Of a DNA stretch of 64,000 nucleotides, positions 12,201-27,400 are shown in pieces (within the stretch, counting starts at the first letter, position 1; each line of letters starts with the position of its first letter). Location: NCBI GenBank assembly GCA_977017645.1, contig OZ360230.1, forward strand, positions 73,842,001-73,906,000. Direction: 5' to 3'. Below the pieces are notes generated by a model. The model worked only from the letters and a program-made list of their open reading frames with translations, was not told where the DNA came from and did no database searches. The DNA is from Torpedo marmorata. Taxonomy: Eukaryota. The position numbers were made by a program, and so were the translations under genes.

Positions 12201-15200
12201 TGATTTAGTGTTTTAATCTAAGATATTTTTATAAATTTGCTGGAGCATTGCTAAATTTAAAATAAATGATAGAAACAAGAATATATAGTGACATATCTGA
12301 CCAAAGATACTGGTTTTGAAAATGATTATTTTGATTTGGTTTCAGACAGATAGTCACCTTCGCCATTATTTGCACATTATTGAAGACAAACAAGTTTACC
12401 CTATTATCTATGACAGCAATGGCATCGTTCTTTCTATGCCCCCTATCATAAATGGTGAGTACAGTAATATATGAGACTAGTTTTGAAGTGTGTCCTCATT
12501 TATGCTTTTAATGATACAGCTTTTTCACTTATGCTTGTGCCTGCTGAAAATCACTTTTCCATTTTTCTCCACATTTCCTTTCCAAACTTGATCTGTTTTC
12601 AAAATTTCAATTATTTTGGCAATGCAGCAACTTTGGGATAGTTTTCCACAGCTCTTTGTTATAGAGTTATACACTATAGAAACATGCAATTTGGCCTAAC
12701 ATCTGTGCTGACCAAGGTGCCTTCCTGAGTTAGTCCCATTTACCTGCAGTTGGTCTATATCCCTCTATCCATGAAAAGGCCTCTTCCAGATATCATTTTT
12801 AACTGACCTCGTTGTGTCGTTGTGGCTCCATCTTATGGAATCTCCCGTATCTGTTTCTCCCCATTGAATCTCATATCACTAAACATTTTGATGTATCACC
12901 CTTTTGCCCATTCAGAACTCAAGGACTTTTACAGAGTTTCAACATGGCATTGCTTTGCTTTTCCAATAAGAACTAAACTGTGCTTTTCAGTTGCTATTCT
13001 AAGGCTTTGTGTTATTGTCCAGCATTATGGATGTCCATGGTATTTTTTTTTTAACTGGAGCATTAATCTGTGAAATAATTGCAATATGAAAGAACATTCC
13101 AGCCATTTCTTCCTTCGTAGACTGTGAATTGCATAGTTGTATTATTTTATCACAACATATTCATATTTTAGTATTCATGTAAAATAATTTGCTTCACGCT
13201 TTTAATTATTTTTACTTGTTTGAGCATTGTGCTGCATTTTGTTGAGTAAATGTCAACTGTTCCGAAGTTTCTTTCTCCTGCTATTTCCCTGTACTTTAAG
13301 CTTTTTGTGTACTTCTTAATTATTTATTCACGCCCTTTTGAAAACCAATTAAATTCTGTTCCATCACTTGGTATTTTCATATTTGTTGTCCCAGTTACAA
13401 TTTACATTTAAAATAAATCCTATCTTTTCCCTGTGTTCTTTTGCTTGTGGTCTTAAATTTTTGCCCTCCAGCTACTCATTTACCAACCCATTGAAATGGT
13501 ATTTCAATAAGGTTAACAGAAAAACCTTAAATGACGTATACACTCCCATTGGATTTCCTAACTTAATGCTGCATTTTTATCATCGAATGTGCAAATTATA
13601 GTTCTGGTGATTGTCCTTTTTAACGTCTTTGATTTGCTAGGAGATCACAGTAAAATTACACTCAACACACGGAATATTTTTATTGAATGCACAGCAACTG
13701 ATCGTACTAAAGTAAGTAGATCAATGTAAGTTAGAGTTTTGTACAATTTTAGATTGATTTTTCAATGTCAATCTTGAATTAAATGTTTGATTATTTTTTT
13801 ATAACAGGCAAAAATAGTGCTTGATACAATTGTCACAATGTTCAGTGAATATTGCAAGAAACCATTCACGTAAGTACATGGAAAAGTATTCGGTTTCTTA
13901 GCATCTTGTTTGATGAAATAATTAAATTGGAAGAAGAGAAATAAAATAATATTCAGACATATTAAGAAATTGGGTTGAGGGTAACAAAAGTATTTAGATT
14001 TATGTTAAAATGATTGCTATTTGAATCTTGGAGTGGGGTAAATGCATTTTAATAATACCTCTAACATGATCTACTTAGTAAATGCAACTGACATTGGAAT
14101 CTGAATCTATCTTAGAGTTGAGGCGGCACAAGTGATTTATCCTAATGAAGAAATGTACATTTACCCAGTGAGTATAATCAGGTATCATTTTTCATTTTGT
14201 AACAAGTGTTCTTTTAGTGCCTATGATGGAATTGAACAATATCAAGGCTAGAAGTAACTACCTGGGGAATATTTACAGCTTTAGAAATGTAAATGAAGCT
14301 GTTGAGGAAATGGATAATTGTTACTGTTTCATTTTTCATCGCAGGAGGTAGATTATGGTTTTATGCTGTTTTTTTCACCTGATTGGTCCAGTGTTAATAA
14401 TATTCAAGACACTGGAAATATAAGCCTGCATTGAAAGTACGTTTTTTTTCTGTTATGCTTGTTATTGAAGGAAGAAAACAGCATAAATTAATGAAGAGCA
14501 AAAAAGAAAAAGCAGTCCCTTTTAAGGAAACTCCTCTCCTATGTTATTAATGGGATTTCAGGAAACCGTAAACGTCAATATCAGTAGAAGACTTCTTTGT
14601 GCACCAAATGAAAATGATTCAGCTGCGCAATAGTACAGTAAAACCCCTGGTATCCAGAATTCAAGCAACCAGCAGCCTCAAGCAACCGGCCAAAAATTCG
14701 AGGAAAATAAATAAAGAAAATTTTTAAAATTAAGAATAAAGTAATAGCTAAAAATATGTAAGATTAAAATTGTAAAAGTACAAATATTCTCCAAAGTAAT
14801 ACATAAACCTTTAGTGAAGATGGGAGCAAATATTCAGCCAGCGGAGTGCCTTGGTCGTGCTTTGCTCATAGCAGCTGTTTGAATAAAATTGTGTGAAACA
14901 GCAAAGGCGTCCCCCAAGATGAAGAGCTGGCTGATGCCGCTTGCTGTTGGGGTGACTCTCTTAAAGTGTCTCCTTATCCCTGCTTAGTAAGAGTCGCCCT
15001 GGTCAGAGGCTTTATCTGTAAACTTGCGGGGGGTGGTGGTGGCGGCTAATTATCTATAATGCTATTGTTTGCCTTTCGGGCAGCTCTGTGAAGGGTCGTG
15101 GATTTGTGGAATTCGTTGCCACATACAGCTTTGGAGGCCCGATCCTTGGGGGATTTTAAGGAGGAGATTGATAAATATCTGATTGGTCAGGGTATCAAGG

Positions 15201-18200
15201 GATATGGGGAAAAGGCCGGAAATTGGAATTAGAAGTGAGATCAGTTTAGCTCAGGGTGGAGTTGCGGAGCAGACTCGATGGGCCGAATGGCCTACTTCTG
15301 TTCCTTTATCTTGTGAAGCTGCAGATGCAGCAATGGTTAAAGGTTTTCAAAGAATGTGACTGAAAATAAAGTAAAATGCTTTAAGGTTTATATACTCATG
15401 CAAGTGAAGTTTGTTCAGTGTAAGTATAGTATTTTTGTCTTTAAACTGTTTGTTCTTAATGCAGGTGTATTAGTTAGGCATTGTAAGAGTAAGTATCAAG
15501 CAACCGGAAAATATACTTATGCGGCGCTGCCGCTGGTGCGGACCCACGGGGAGCGTGGGAGCGGAGATACAGCGCTCCCGCAGGTTGCAGCCGCCCAGTC
15601 GACTGCAGTCGGTTCCGCACGGGCTTTGAACGGCCCGTTAAGGAGCCGACGGTGGTTTTATTTAAGATCCCACGACCACAGGGTCTGCGCCCAAGATGGC
15701 AGCGCCTTTTAACCGGCAGTAGCCACGAGGGGCTGCAGATTCCGGGGAAGCGGAGGACTGGAGCAGGGCACCAGAGGACGGGAAGATCACCCCCCGTCTG
15801 AGAAGGAGAAGCGGAGGAGACGACCCACGGGACGGTGACCACGGCGGTGGACCGGTGAGGGGCTCTGAGGCTGAAGGACCAGTGCATGCGGCGGGCTGCT
15901 GGCGACTCGAGGCGAGGAACCTGCGGAGGCTGTGGGCTGCTGGAGACTGCTGTCGGGGGACTCACGCCAGGCTGCAGACTGCTGGAGGCTGGCTCGAACT
16001 GGCTGGAGGAATACCAGGTATCGGAACCGGGATGTGAGGAGTGCCGAGGGTGACCTGACCGTGTTGGAGGTTCGGATCTGGAGCTCGGGTTGCCGATGGT
16101 TTGGATCGGACTCTGTGTGGCTGCGGAAGCGCTGGAGGCGAATCTATGGACACTTGGTGACTCTGGGGGGACTCTCTTTTGCTTCTCTTTCTCTGACTGT
16201 AAGGAATGTTAGAGGCGCTTAGGTAATTTCTGCCGGTGGCGAATCTGTCTGCCTTGCAGCAGGCAAAAAGAAATTTCATGGAATATGACACTGTCTTATT
16301 ACTATGACAATAAATTGAATCTTGAATCTACCAATCCCCATAGGTGCCAGGTACCAGTGGTTTAACTGTACATCTTTCCCATTCGAGTTTGAAGTGTGCA
16401 TTTTGAGTAACTTGGATGCAATATATTTTCAGTAGTGATAGTCCAGATTGAAGGACAATTTCTGTCCTGCCTTTATAAGACTTGAATGAACCTACACCAA
16501 TAAATCGATGTTATGTTTGCTCTATATTAACTGATCACAAAACTAAATTTCTCACGTGCCTATAAACTTGAATTTAACGAGAGATGGGAATAGTTTGAAA
16601 TGATGACATTTGGAACAATAAGTAAATTTAGCAATAAATATGTTATGACTTTTTTCTTTATTTTATGACACAGCACTGTTATAAATTTCAAAAAATCACT
16701 ATAATTTTTCTGTTGAATTTCTTTCAAATGCAATTTGTATTTTAAAATATTTAATCTCCAATATAATGATTAAAAAATACTTGAATTATTGCATATACAC
16801 TATGTTGAATGAGTTGTACATCCTTGTGTGAATGTGAATTAATGTAAATGCACTTGGACTGAATCTGTGGTTGTGCATTATTTTCCTTTGAATTTGTGAA
16901 TGATCAGTTATTGCCTAAGCCCAGTTTTTTTAGCCCAGGTTGTTGATGTGCAAAATTATTTGCTAAGTGTTGGATATGGAAAATATTTCTGGGTCTAGAT
17001 ATGCTGTTACATGAGATGTCAATCCCAGCACTAGTCAATATATTTTTGTGCTGGAATATAATGTGATATCCATCTTGTAAATTGATAGGGTGGGTCTTAG
17101 CCAGCTTCAGAGTTCTTAACGTAAATGCGACAAAACCCATTGAGCCATTTTTCTAAGTCCACATCTTCAGGGGAGGGCGAGATGAAAAAAATTGAAGGGG
17201 ACATTTATATATATATATATATAAAAAGTTTCTTTAAAATAGCTTTATTAGTTTCACAGCAAATATTTATTTTGCAGGAGATGGGGTACAGAAAAGAAAT
17301 TCTGAGTACAGACTTTATTAACAAAAGAGTTGGAATCAAGTAAGTTATTCAAATTAATGATTTAATCAACTTGTTTGATTTGAACGAATAGCATATATTT
17401 GTATTGTCATTTTACCTTTTAGTGAAACACCAGATTCTCTTGCAAAGTTGCTGACACGGATGCACTTAACATCCAAGGTGATGGAGAATGGAACACAAAT
17501 AGAAATTGAAATCCCCCCTACAAGAGCAGACATCATCCATCCTTGTGATATTGTAGAAGATGCAGCAATAGCCTATGGTTACAACAATATAAAGATGACT
17601 GTTCCCAATGCTTATACTGTGGCTAATCAGGTGAGAGCGTAATGTCACATTTCAGAGGTTAGTATTATTGTGTTATCAGCACATCTGTAATAATTGTTGA
17701 AATGATGTCCCTGTTCTTCTTTAAAAAAAACAAAAAAAGACACAGCTTGGCTCCTGAAATACCGACAAATAACTGAATGTTTCATCTTCGATCTTAAATG
17801 TTGTTTAAGAGATGTATGTTTGTTAGGATACTCAAAGCTTCTGTCTGTCAAATATTTCCTTGGAATCTTTTATATCAGGTTGCGGAGACTGGTGAGCCAT
17901 GGTTTTATTTTGAATCTGACAATGTTGCTAGCCTAAATTATGTAGACTGATTATTGAAGTAGGCTGTCTTTAACCCAACAATCTTCCATTGGAATAGCAA
18001 GTCTACTTGAGAATTAAACTGAAGAAACTTGTGCAGGAAATTGGAATGATACGGTATAGATAAGAGACGATGCAATGTAATTGGCTCATCAACCATAAAC
18101 AGTAAAACTCCGATAATCTGTTCTCTGCTTGTTCAGAAATTCCGATGATTTAGCATCTGACTCACTGGGTCCTCTGCTCCAAACATACGGGGCTCCTGCT

Positions 18201-21200
18201 ATCTATTCTCATGTTCCCTCCAATACATCAAACCCTGATTCCCAAGCTCCTAACACATTGGGGCTCTGGTTCCCACTATCCCTCTATTACACCAGTGGTC
18301 TGTTTATTGTTTTGTCTTTAACACACTGCCTCAGTTTCCACACTCCCTTTCACTCAGTGAGGTACCGGATCCCTTCCTTTACTGGTGCTCTGTTTCCTGT
18401 GCTGTTCCCTTGGAACTCACCAAAGCCCTGGTGCATGGGCTCCCCTTAAACTCAATGAGGCACTGGTTCCTTGAAACTTACTGGATTCAATGGAAGACTG
18501 AATGTAATGTGTAACTTTTAAAAAGTGAATTAAAAGTGTGTTTGAGTATTAATTGGAAAAACATTTATTTGGGAGATCTGCCGGTTCAGCAAGCACCACT
18601 GAAGTCCCGAGTGTGCCAGGTAAATGGAGTCTTACGGTATTTCCAACCATCACACATCACCTGTCATAACTCCAAATGACCACATTTTCTTAATTTTGGG
18701 ACTCTGATAAATTCTTTGAGAAGTGTTTCATATTTCAGATTTCCAATGCTCTTACTGTGATAAATAATTAAATTGGCTTGTGCATTTTTGGTAGACCTGA
18801 ACTGATTAAGGTGATAATTCAATGCCTCTAGATTGTGATAGAAAAACTGCACTATTTATAGTGGTCAACAAGATGCTAATAAAGATGCTAATCCAGACAT
18901 AAAATTATCTTCTTCGGTGGTTCCTTGGGCTCGGTGATTCCATTTCAGTTGGGTTCTGAAGTGGATCTGCAGGCTTCAAATGGATTATGTAGTTGGTACT
19001 TGATATGATAGGTGGGTTTGCTTTTTATGGTATGTGGTCACAGCTTTGCTGTCTGTTAAAGCTATCAGAGATTTTAAAATATTTCTGAAATGCTTCAATC
19101 TAACCAAAAATGTAATTTACCAAAAACTCAAGAACACTTTCATCATAGATTAAACAGAAGAAAAAAGCTTTCCTTCTTCTTGCCTCTCTTCCTGGCAGTA
19201 CTCCAATTCCTGTTGAAATCTGTGTTACAGGTCCTGCATGAGATTCATCCTGGCACTGGATCTAAAAGTATTTTTTATAGGGGTAGGTAGAGGGAGAATA
19301 ATATTCTGTTGTTTTCTCTGCTGCTAGAATCTAGGATCCAAACTGCCAGATTTGACTTTTTCGTAACAATTCACACTACTTGTGTAGAAGTCTGTGACTG
19401 GCTTCACTTTCAACTGCATGAACACCAAGATTCAATTTGCTCACTATATATGGCAAGGTCCAGCTTGTTGATGGCTAAATGGTCTTATTGCACTGCCACA
19501 TGCCCTGTTTCCATAAATTGACATTGAGATAGAATCTTTAATTTCCATGATGGCCAATAGAATGGGTGAGTCAGTTCTCGTGTTTCTTTATGATATAGAA
19601 AGGGGACATTTGACCCATCAAGATCACAAGATATTGGAGCAGAAGTAGGGCCATCGAGTCAGCTCCGCCATTCTATCAAGTCCATTTTAGCTCTGAGTAA
19701 TGCCATCATTTTCATTTCTCCACTTCAAAAGCAGCAGAAAAAATATGGCTGTAGTTTCAATTAATTCAAATGATTTCAAAAGCAAACAAGTACTCAAAAA
19801 TATATTGTGTGAAGGGAGCTTTGTCCTTTAAAGTTAATTTATGTAAAATTAGTATAGCAACAATCAGAAAATTGCAGGCAGCAAGTTGCCTATTGGCTGC
19901 AAGAGCCGAGGGCCACAAATTCCAAATAAATTGTAGCCTGTATATTGCATAACATGGTTGCTCTTTTTTTTAGGAAAAAAGCAGCTTAGATGTTACATGA
20001 ATAGATATCAGCATTGAAGCAGTATCCAGCTGGTCATGATGTGATTTTATTTCATTTCTTTAGTTACCATTGAACAAATTATCTGAGTTGCTAAGGCAGG
20101 ACATGGCAGCTGGGGGTTTCACAGAGGCTTTGACCTTTGCGCTGGTGAGTTCTTTTTTTAAAATATTTTATTTTAAATTTTCAAATTTTTCACAATAATA
20201 CAAAATATATAGTAAACATTAATAAATCCAATACAAACAAAATTTGTATTACCATGGTTCTAACCCCATCTCAACCCACCCTCACTAAAACAACCCACCC
20301 TCCACCCTTCCCATCCCTTACTCCCTCCCCTTACTAAAAATAAAGAAAAGAGAAAAGAAGAAAGAGGAGAAGACATTGATATTTATCGAAAACATCTGTA
20401 TGGGTCCACGGCTCGGTGCGAGACATTCAACAGTATTTGTTCTTTAAATTTAAGAGAGTCAGCAGGGTCTACGATGTAGAGCAACACATTTAAATATTCA
20501 TACCTAATAATTGGATGAATGGACGCCAAATTTGCAAAAATACCCCATACCTCATATTATATGTTATTCTTTCCAATGGAATACAACTCCGCATCTCTGA
20601 GTTCCATCTGTCCATACTTACCGTAAATTTGTATCCGATTTCCAAGTTACTGCTATACATTTCTCTGGTGAGTTCTTGATGTACAAGTTATTTAACAATA
20701 TTCATAAGATTATTTGCAAAAACAATTGCTTTGCCCATTTTTTTAATAAATGAAGTTCCTTTATGTTGTGTTTAGTTGCAGTTGAACTTTTTTTTTCCAA
20801 TTTTTAATTGAGTGGCTGGATTTCCTTCTGAAAGTTCAAAACAAATTACCGTGATGTGATATTGGACTGGATCACTTTGGGCGATCCACTGTATGGGCTG
20901 GGGTGATCTGTTTACACGTTCCAGATGTTGAATATCACGTGCGCCAATCCTCCATCCTCTGTGGTGCTTCATGAACTGGATGCGGCTCTGAGGGGTTAGT
21001 TTCCCCCAGGTAGATTATCGCTGAGGTCCTTACCCCCCCAACCCCGACAGCCTTTGACAGCCTGCTGATGTCAAGGGGTTTGAAACCATTTGTAAATGTC
21101 TAACCATCAGAAACATTTAGAAACTTTTCAAATTGATTTAAGTAATTTTAAAAAAATATTTAAAACTTTAGAAATATAAGTGTAAGTACAACTCCAGAAC

Positions 21201-24200
21201 ATACTAACATACTGGTAATTAAAATGAGTGGAATAATTCAACCATTTCCCTGCACTCTTCCTCTGGTGACCCAGTGAAAAGAACGTTGTCACCATTTGTA
21301 CACCAACCCTGTTGTAAAAGTGAGGAGCAGGATGTGAAATGTGTCCAGCACTCCGCTTCCACACACCAGCAGTGAGGTAAAGAGATCCAATTAATTGTTA
21401 ATTCTCCAGTTTCAAATAATCTGCTCCCCCTCTGTCCCTTTCTCTCTCCTTCTGATCTTCCCAGATCTTTTCTCACGCACCCTTCTTTCCAACGGACAGT
21501 CCTCCCCCCAGCCCCTGTAACCCAGTTCCTTTCCCCTCCCACTTCATCTGCCCATCACCCACACACTCCTCCCACTGGGTCGCCAATTCCCTCTTGCCAC
21601 TGATCCCATCTGCCCACCATCCCTCCCTTATTTAGTTCCACTCATCGCTTTTATTCATTATCAGGTTCCATAATTTGCTGCCCTTTGTTGCCCCCACTTA
21701 ACACCTCCCAGCCTCTATAACTATCTCCACTCTTACCTCCCCTACTTGACTGTATCTGCCAATCCACCCCTCCTCGCCTGGATTCACATTGCTTGCCAGC
21801 TCTTGCCTAACCCCCTTGCGGTCACCTCTATATACTGGCTATTAGCCTTTTACTTTCTCAGTCCAGAAGAAAGGTCTCAATGCAAAACGTCAGTTTGTCC
21901 ATTTCCCTCTGCAGATGCTGCCTCACTCACTGTTCATCCAGCAGCTTGTTTTTTGTTCTAGATTCTAGCATCTGCAGTCTCTTGTGTGTTCATGAATTAT
22001 CTCAAGATGCCTCCATTGGCTGATTAGACTTCTAGTGATTAATGGCATAATTTTTTTTAAATAATTTCGAACGAGTCATTTGGATTATGCAAAATATTCA
22101 TATATCAAATGTTTGTAAATCATGGAATCTATATAATGAGTATCAAAGAATTTGGCTCAAAAAAAGTGAAAATTAAAAGTGAAGAGTCTTGTTCTTGCTA
22201 TCAGCAAATTGTTATTGAAGACTATTAAAATACAGTAAATCCCCATTATCTAGAATTCAAGCAACCGGCAAAAACATTGCAGGAAATAACTACCGGTAGG
22301 TTTAAAAAAAAACGAAAGTTTAAATTTGGTGCACCCTAGCGGTCAGTTCGCCAATCCACGCAGCACACAATCTCAAGCAACCGGCAAATTCACTTATCCG
22401 GCATCTGCCAATCCCTATCGGTGCCTGATACCAGGGGTTTTACTGTACCATATTTCATATTTGTATGTACTTTTAAATCTTTTAATCTATTTTCCTTTCC
22501 CTCCTAATTTTTCTTTGTGCACTGATTTGACATTAAATTCGTCCACACAAATTTACCACTCTTCTTAGTGCTATTTTTACTTAGTCATGAAATCTCGTTA
22601 GTTTGGGAGATATATTGTTGGTCTGGTCTCTTGGCTGGTCTGCTGTCATCTCTGCACTGCTATTAGCTTGTCTATCCAGTAACCTTGTTGCAAAAGTACT
22701 TGAGCAGAAGGGTGCCAGAAAAAGCTTGTTTTCTTCAAAATGTCCTATATCCAACAAGTTCTACCTCTCTGAACATTTTGCATAATATCTTTGGTTTGAG
22801 AAGAAACAGAGAAAATGTTATGGTCAATTTGATTTTATACTCTGCTGACATGACCTATATAAAAAAGTATTTTTAAAAATTATTTCAGTGTTCTCGGGAT
22901 GATATTGCTGATAAACTGGGCAAGGATCTGGCAAAAACAAGAGCGGTACATATAGCCAATCCCAAAACAGCTGAATTTCAGGTAAGAACCAAGAATACAT
23001 TTTCATTGAGGTAATGATAGATGTACATGCTCTTGTTGACCATATTTGGGGAAGATTTATTTTGTCTGTAAATAAGCTTAGTTAAATTATAAAATATAGA
23101 TTTAAAATACAGCTGATCTGCAACTTCCCCATCTGAATTTCTGACAAATTTGATATGATTATTATGGATTATTAACAATATTACCAGTGCAGTTTGCATA
23201 TTTTCTTTCAGACATATCTGGAATATGATTTATTATTCAGTCAATGCATTGAACGTGCTCATTTATGAATTCAGTAGATTTGTACTTTAACTGATATAAA
23301 TCTGATTTCATGGATCTTTGATGTGTATCTTGAGTTTCAAATTTGCATTGTATTGGCAGTGAAATCATGAATTAATCATGAAGAAAATTATTTACATTGC
23401 GACAAAGAAATATATTCATCTTCTCCTTCCTCCTCCCTTGTTTTCTCACTGCCATTTCTTCTTTTTCTCTAGTCCTTCTCAATCATTTTTTTGCAACACT
23501 CTTGTCTTTCTTTTCCCTCTCCACCCCACTTTTATTTCTCGTATGTTTTGCATTTGACAGCTGCACAAGAAAGTAAATGGGAAGACTGCAACAAAAATAA
23601 CGATTGCTGATTTAATTTCCTTTATACACTATTTTTAGTGCACTATTATTGGATTCACATCTGATTTGCATTTCTGGATTCAATAAAAGCAATAACCTAT
23701 TGAAAATAAAATCTTTGGAAAGCCAAATCACAGAAATCTAAGGCAAAGATACAAACAATTCCATTTCCATTACACTCACGGTTTGTTGTTGGTACAGACA
23801 TCTGTAGAGTCGGAGTTGTTTAACTAACATGATCCAATATATAATCCATGTTCAGTGTTTTGGTGTTCAAAATATGAAACACATTTGATGGGTTAGGAAA
23901 ACCTGTTTTCTCAGCAATAATCAGGGATTTGGAGATCATTTTCTTATAATTTGAGGTGTAGCATGTAAAATACCGAAACTCTTCTGAGAAATGCAGAATT
24001 CCTTCTTCCCTATCCTGTTCTCCCTGTCAAAAAACAACCTGAATATTGGGAATTTGAGTTTCTAAGTTGGGTGGAGGCATCAAGAGAATTGGAGAAAAGA
24101 TGAGAATGGAAGTTTAGATATGCCTGTCACCTTACTGAATGCTGGATGGCCTACTCTTGACCTAGTTGTTCCTAAAGGATTCACCCATTTCAATTCCCCG

Positions 24201-24458
24201 TCCCATTTCCTTACTGAGATCTCCCAGTGGCCACCCATTTCAATTCCCCATCCCATTCCCTTGCTGACATGTCTGTCCATGGTCTCATGCACTGCCAGAC
24301 TGAGACCACCCGCAAATTGGAAGAGCAACACCTCGTCTTCCGTCTGGGCCTCCTCCAACCGGATGCATTAACCTAAACTTTTCTGGTTTTTGTTAACCCC
24401 ACCCCCCCTTTTCCTGCTGTCGCTTTCCCCCAGTTCCTTTTCTTTCTCTCTCTCTTTT

Positions 24459-24489
<31 letters not shown>

Positions 24490-27400
24490 TTCCCTCTGTC
24501 TCCTTTCACAGAGCTAAAATCAATTCTCACCTTCCCTCTTATCATATTCAATTAACACCTTTTGGCTGTTGGTCTGGACTCTTCCCACTGCCATTCTTCA
24601 GTCTTTAATGAGATGTCTTGTTTTTTGCTCATACCTTGAAGAATGGCTCAGGCCCGAAACGTCGGTAATATATCTTTACGTCCTATGGATGCTGCAAAAC
24701 CAGTTGAGTTTCTCCAGCATTTCTGTGTGTATTTATTAAAGTATTCAGCATTATATTTAAATTTTGGAGGGTCAATTGTACTTCTGAATTCAAATTATTG
24801 CGTAATGTTTTGTGGGAGAGAGCATTGGAAGCGACCCTCTCTATCATTGGCCGATGAGAAACTTTCTCCTTTCTCAGTTGTTGAGTCTCTGCTTGGTCAG
24901 AGAGATGATGATAAGTGAGACTGCAGAAAGCTCTGTGCCGAACCATTTTTTATTTTTTTTGCCTCGTCCCACTGTCCTGCACCCAGTCCATAGCCCTCCA
25001 TACCTCTCCCATCCATGTACCTGTCCAAATTCTTCTTAAATGTTAAAATTGAGCCCACATTCACCATTTCAGCTGGCAGCTCGTTCCACACTCCCACCAC
25101 TCTCTGTGTGAAGAAGTTCCCCCCAAAACTTTTCCCCTTTCACCCTTAACCCATGTCCTCTGGTTTGTATCTCACCTACCCTCAGTGGAAAAAGCCTATC
25201 TACATTTACTCTGTCTATCCCCCTCATAATTTTAAATACCTCTATCAAATCTCCCCTCATTCTTCTACGCTCCAGGGAATAAAGTGCTAACCTGTTTAAT
25301 CTTTCCCTGTAACTCAGTTCCTGAAGTCTGGGCAACATCGTAGTAAATCGTCTCTGAACTCTTTCTATCTTATTGATATCTTTCCTGTAGTTAGGTGACC
25401 AAAACTGCACACAATACTCCAAATATGGCCTCACCAATGTCTTGTACAACTTTACCACAATAACATCACAACTCCTGTACTCAATACTTTGATTTATGAA
25501 GGCCAATATGCCAAAAGCTCTCTTTACAACCCTATCTACCTGTGATGCCACATTCAGGGAATTATGTATCTGTATTCCCAGATCCCTCTGTTCTTCCGCA
25601 CTCCTCAGTGCCCTTCCATTTACTGTGTATGTCCTTTCTTGGTTTGTCCTTCCAAAATGCAACATCTCACACTTGTCTGCATTAAATTCCATCTGCCATT
25701 TTTCATCCCATTTTTCCAGCTGGTCCAGATCCCTCTGCAAGCTTTGAAAACCTTCTTCGCTGTCCACAACGCCTCCAATCTTAGTGTCATCTGCAAACTT
25801 GCTCATCCAATTTACCACATTATCATCCAGATCATTGATATAGATGACAAACAACAATGGTCCCAGCACAGATCGCTGAGGCACACCACTAGTCGCAGGC
25901 CTCCAATCTGAGAGGCAATTATCCACTATGACTCTGGCTTCTCCCGTCCAGCCATTGTCAAATCCAGTTCACTACTTCACCATGAATACCTAGCGTCTGA
26001 ACCTTCCTGACTAACTTCCCATGCGGGACCTTGTCAAAGGCCTTACTAAAGTCCATGTAGATAACATCCACAGCTTTTCCTTCGTCAACTCTCCTGGTAA
26101 CCTCCTCAAAAAACTCTATAAGCTTGGTTAAACATGACCTACCACGCACAAAGCCATGTTGACTATATCTAATTAGTCCATGGCTATCCAAATAATTGTA
26201 TATCCGATCTCTTAGAACACCTTCCAATAATTTACCTACTACTGACGTCAGGCTCACCGGCCATTAATTTCCAGGGTTACTTTTGGAGCCTTTTTTAAAC
26301 AACAGAACAACATGAGCTACCCTCCAATCCTCCAGCACCACATCCGTGGCTAAGGACATTTTAAATATTTCTGCCAGAGCCCCTGCAATTTCTATACTAG
26401 CCTCCCTCAAGGTCCGAGGGAATATTTTGTCAGGCCCTGGGGATTTATTGAACCTCATTTGCTTTAAAACAGCAAGCACTTCCTCCTCTTTAATCTGCAT
26501 AGGTTCCATGACCTCTCTGCTTGTTTTCCTTATTTCCCACGACTCTGCCTGTTTCCTGAGTGAATACTAATTAAAAAAAAAAACATTTAAGATATCCCTA
26601 TCTCTTTTGGCTACATAAAAAGCTGACCTCTCTGACCTTGAAGGGGACCAATTTTGCCCCTTAATAACCTTTTGCTCTTAATATACCTGTAGAAATCCTT
26701 TGGATTTTCCTTCACATTGTCTGCCAAAGCAACCTCGTCTTTTAGCCTTCCTGATTTCTTGAGGTTTTTCTTGCATTTTTCATACTTCTCAAGTACCTCA
26801 TTTGCTCCATGTTGCCTATACCTGCTGTACACGTCTCTCTTCTTCCGAACCAGATCCCCAATATCCCTCGAAAACCAAGGTTCCCTATGCCTGCTAACCT
26901 TGCCTTTATTCCTGACAGGAACATACAAACACTGTACTCTCAAAATTTCACCTTTGAAGGTTCTCCACTTACCTCGCACATCCTTGCCTGAAAACAACTT
27001 GTTCCAATCCACGCATTCTAGATCCTTTCTCATTTCCTCAAAATTGGCCTTTCTCCAATTTAGAACCTCAACCCGAGGCCCAGACCTATTCTCCATAATA
27101 ACTTGAAACTAATGGCATTATGATCACTGGACCCAAAATGCTCCCCTACACATACTTCTGTCACCTGTCCTGTCTTGTTCCCTAATAGCAGATCCAGTAT
27201 TGCACTCTCTCTAGTCGGTACGTCTATATATTGATTTAGAAAACTTTCCTGAACACATTTACCAAACCCTAAGCCATCCAGCCCTTTTAAAGTATGGGAG
27301 TCCCAATCAATATGTGGAAAATTAAAATCTCCTACTATCACAACCTTGTGTTTCCTGCAGCTGTATGCTATCTCTCTTCAGATTTGCTCCTCCAATTCTC

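Larger units (their letters stand above)
14636..16368 (+). mobile_element. Tigger-like MITE carrying two nested retro-insertions
   Basis: TA|CAGTAAAACCCCTGGTATCC ... GGTACCAGTGGTTTAACTG|TA; same family as 22233-22445 and 48473-51420. Confidence 0.75.

Noticed and set aside
25069-27341. Autonomous CR1, or domesticated RT gene
   Set aside because: 5'-truncated and split across several frames by stops and frameshifts
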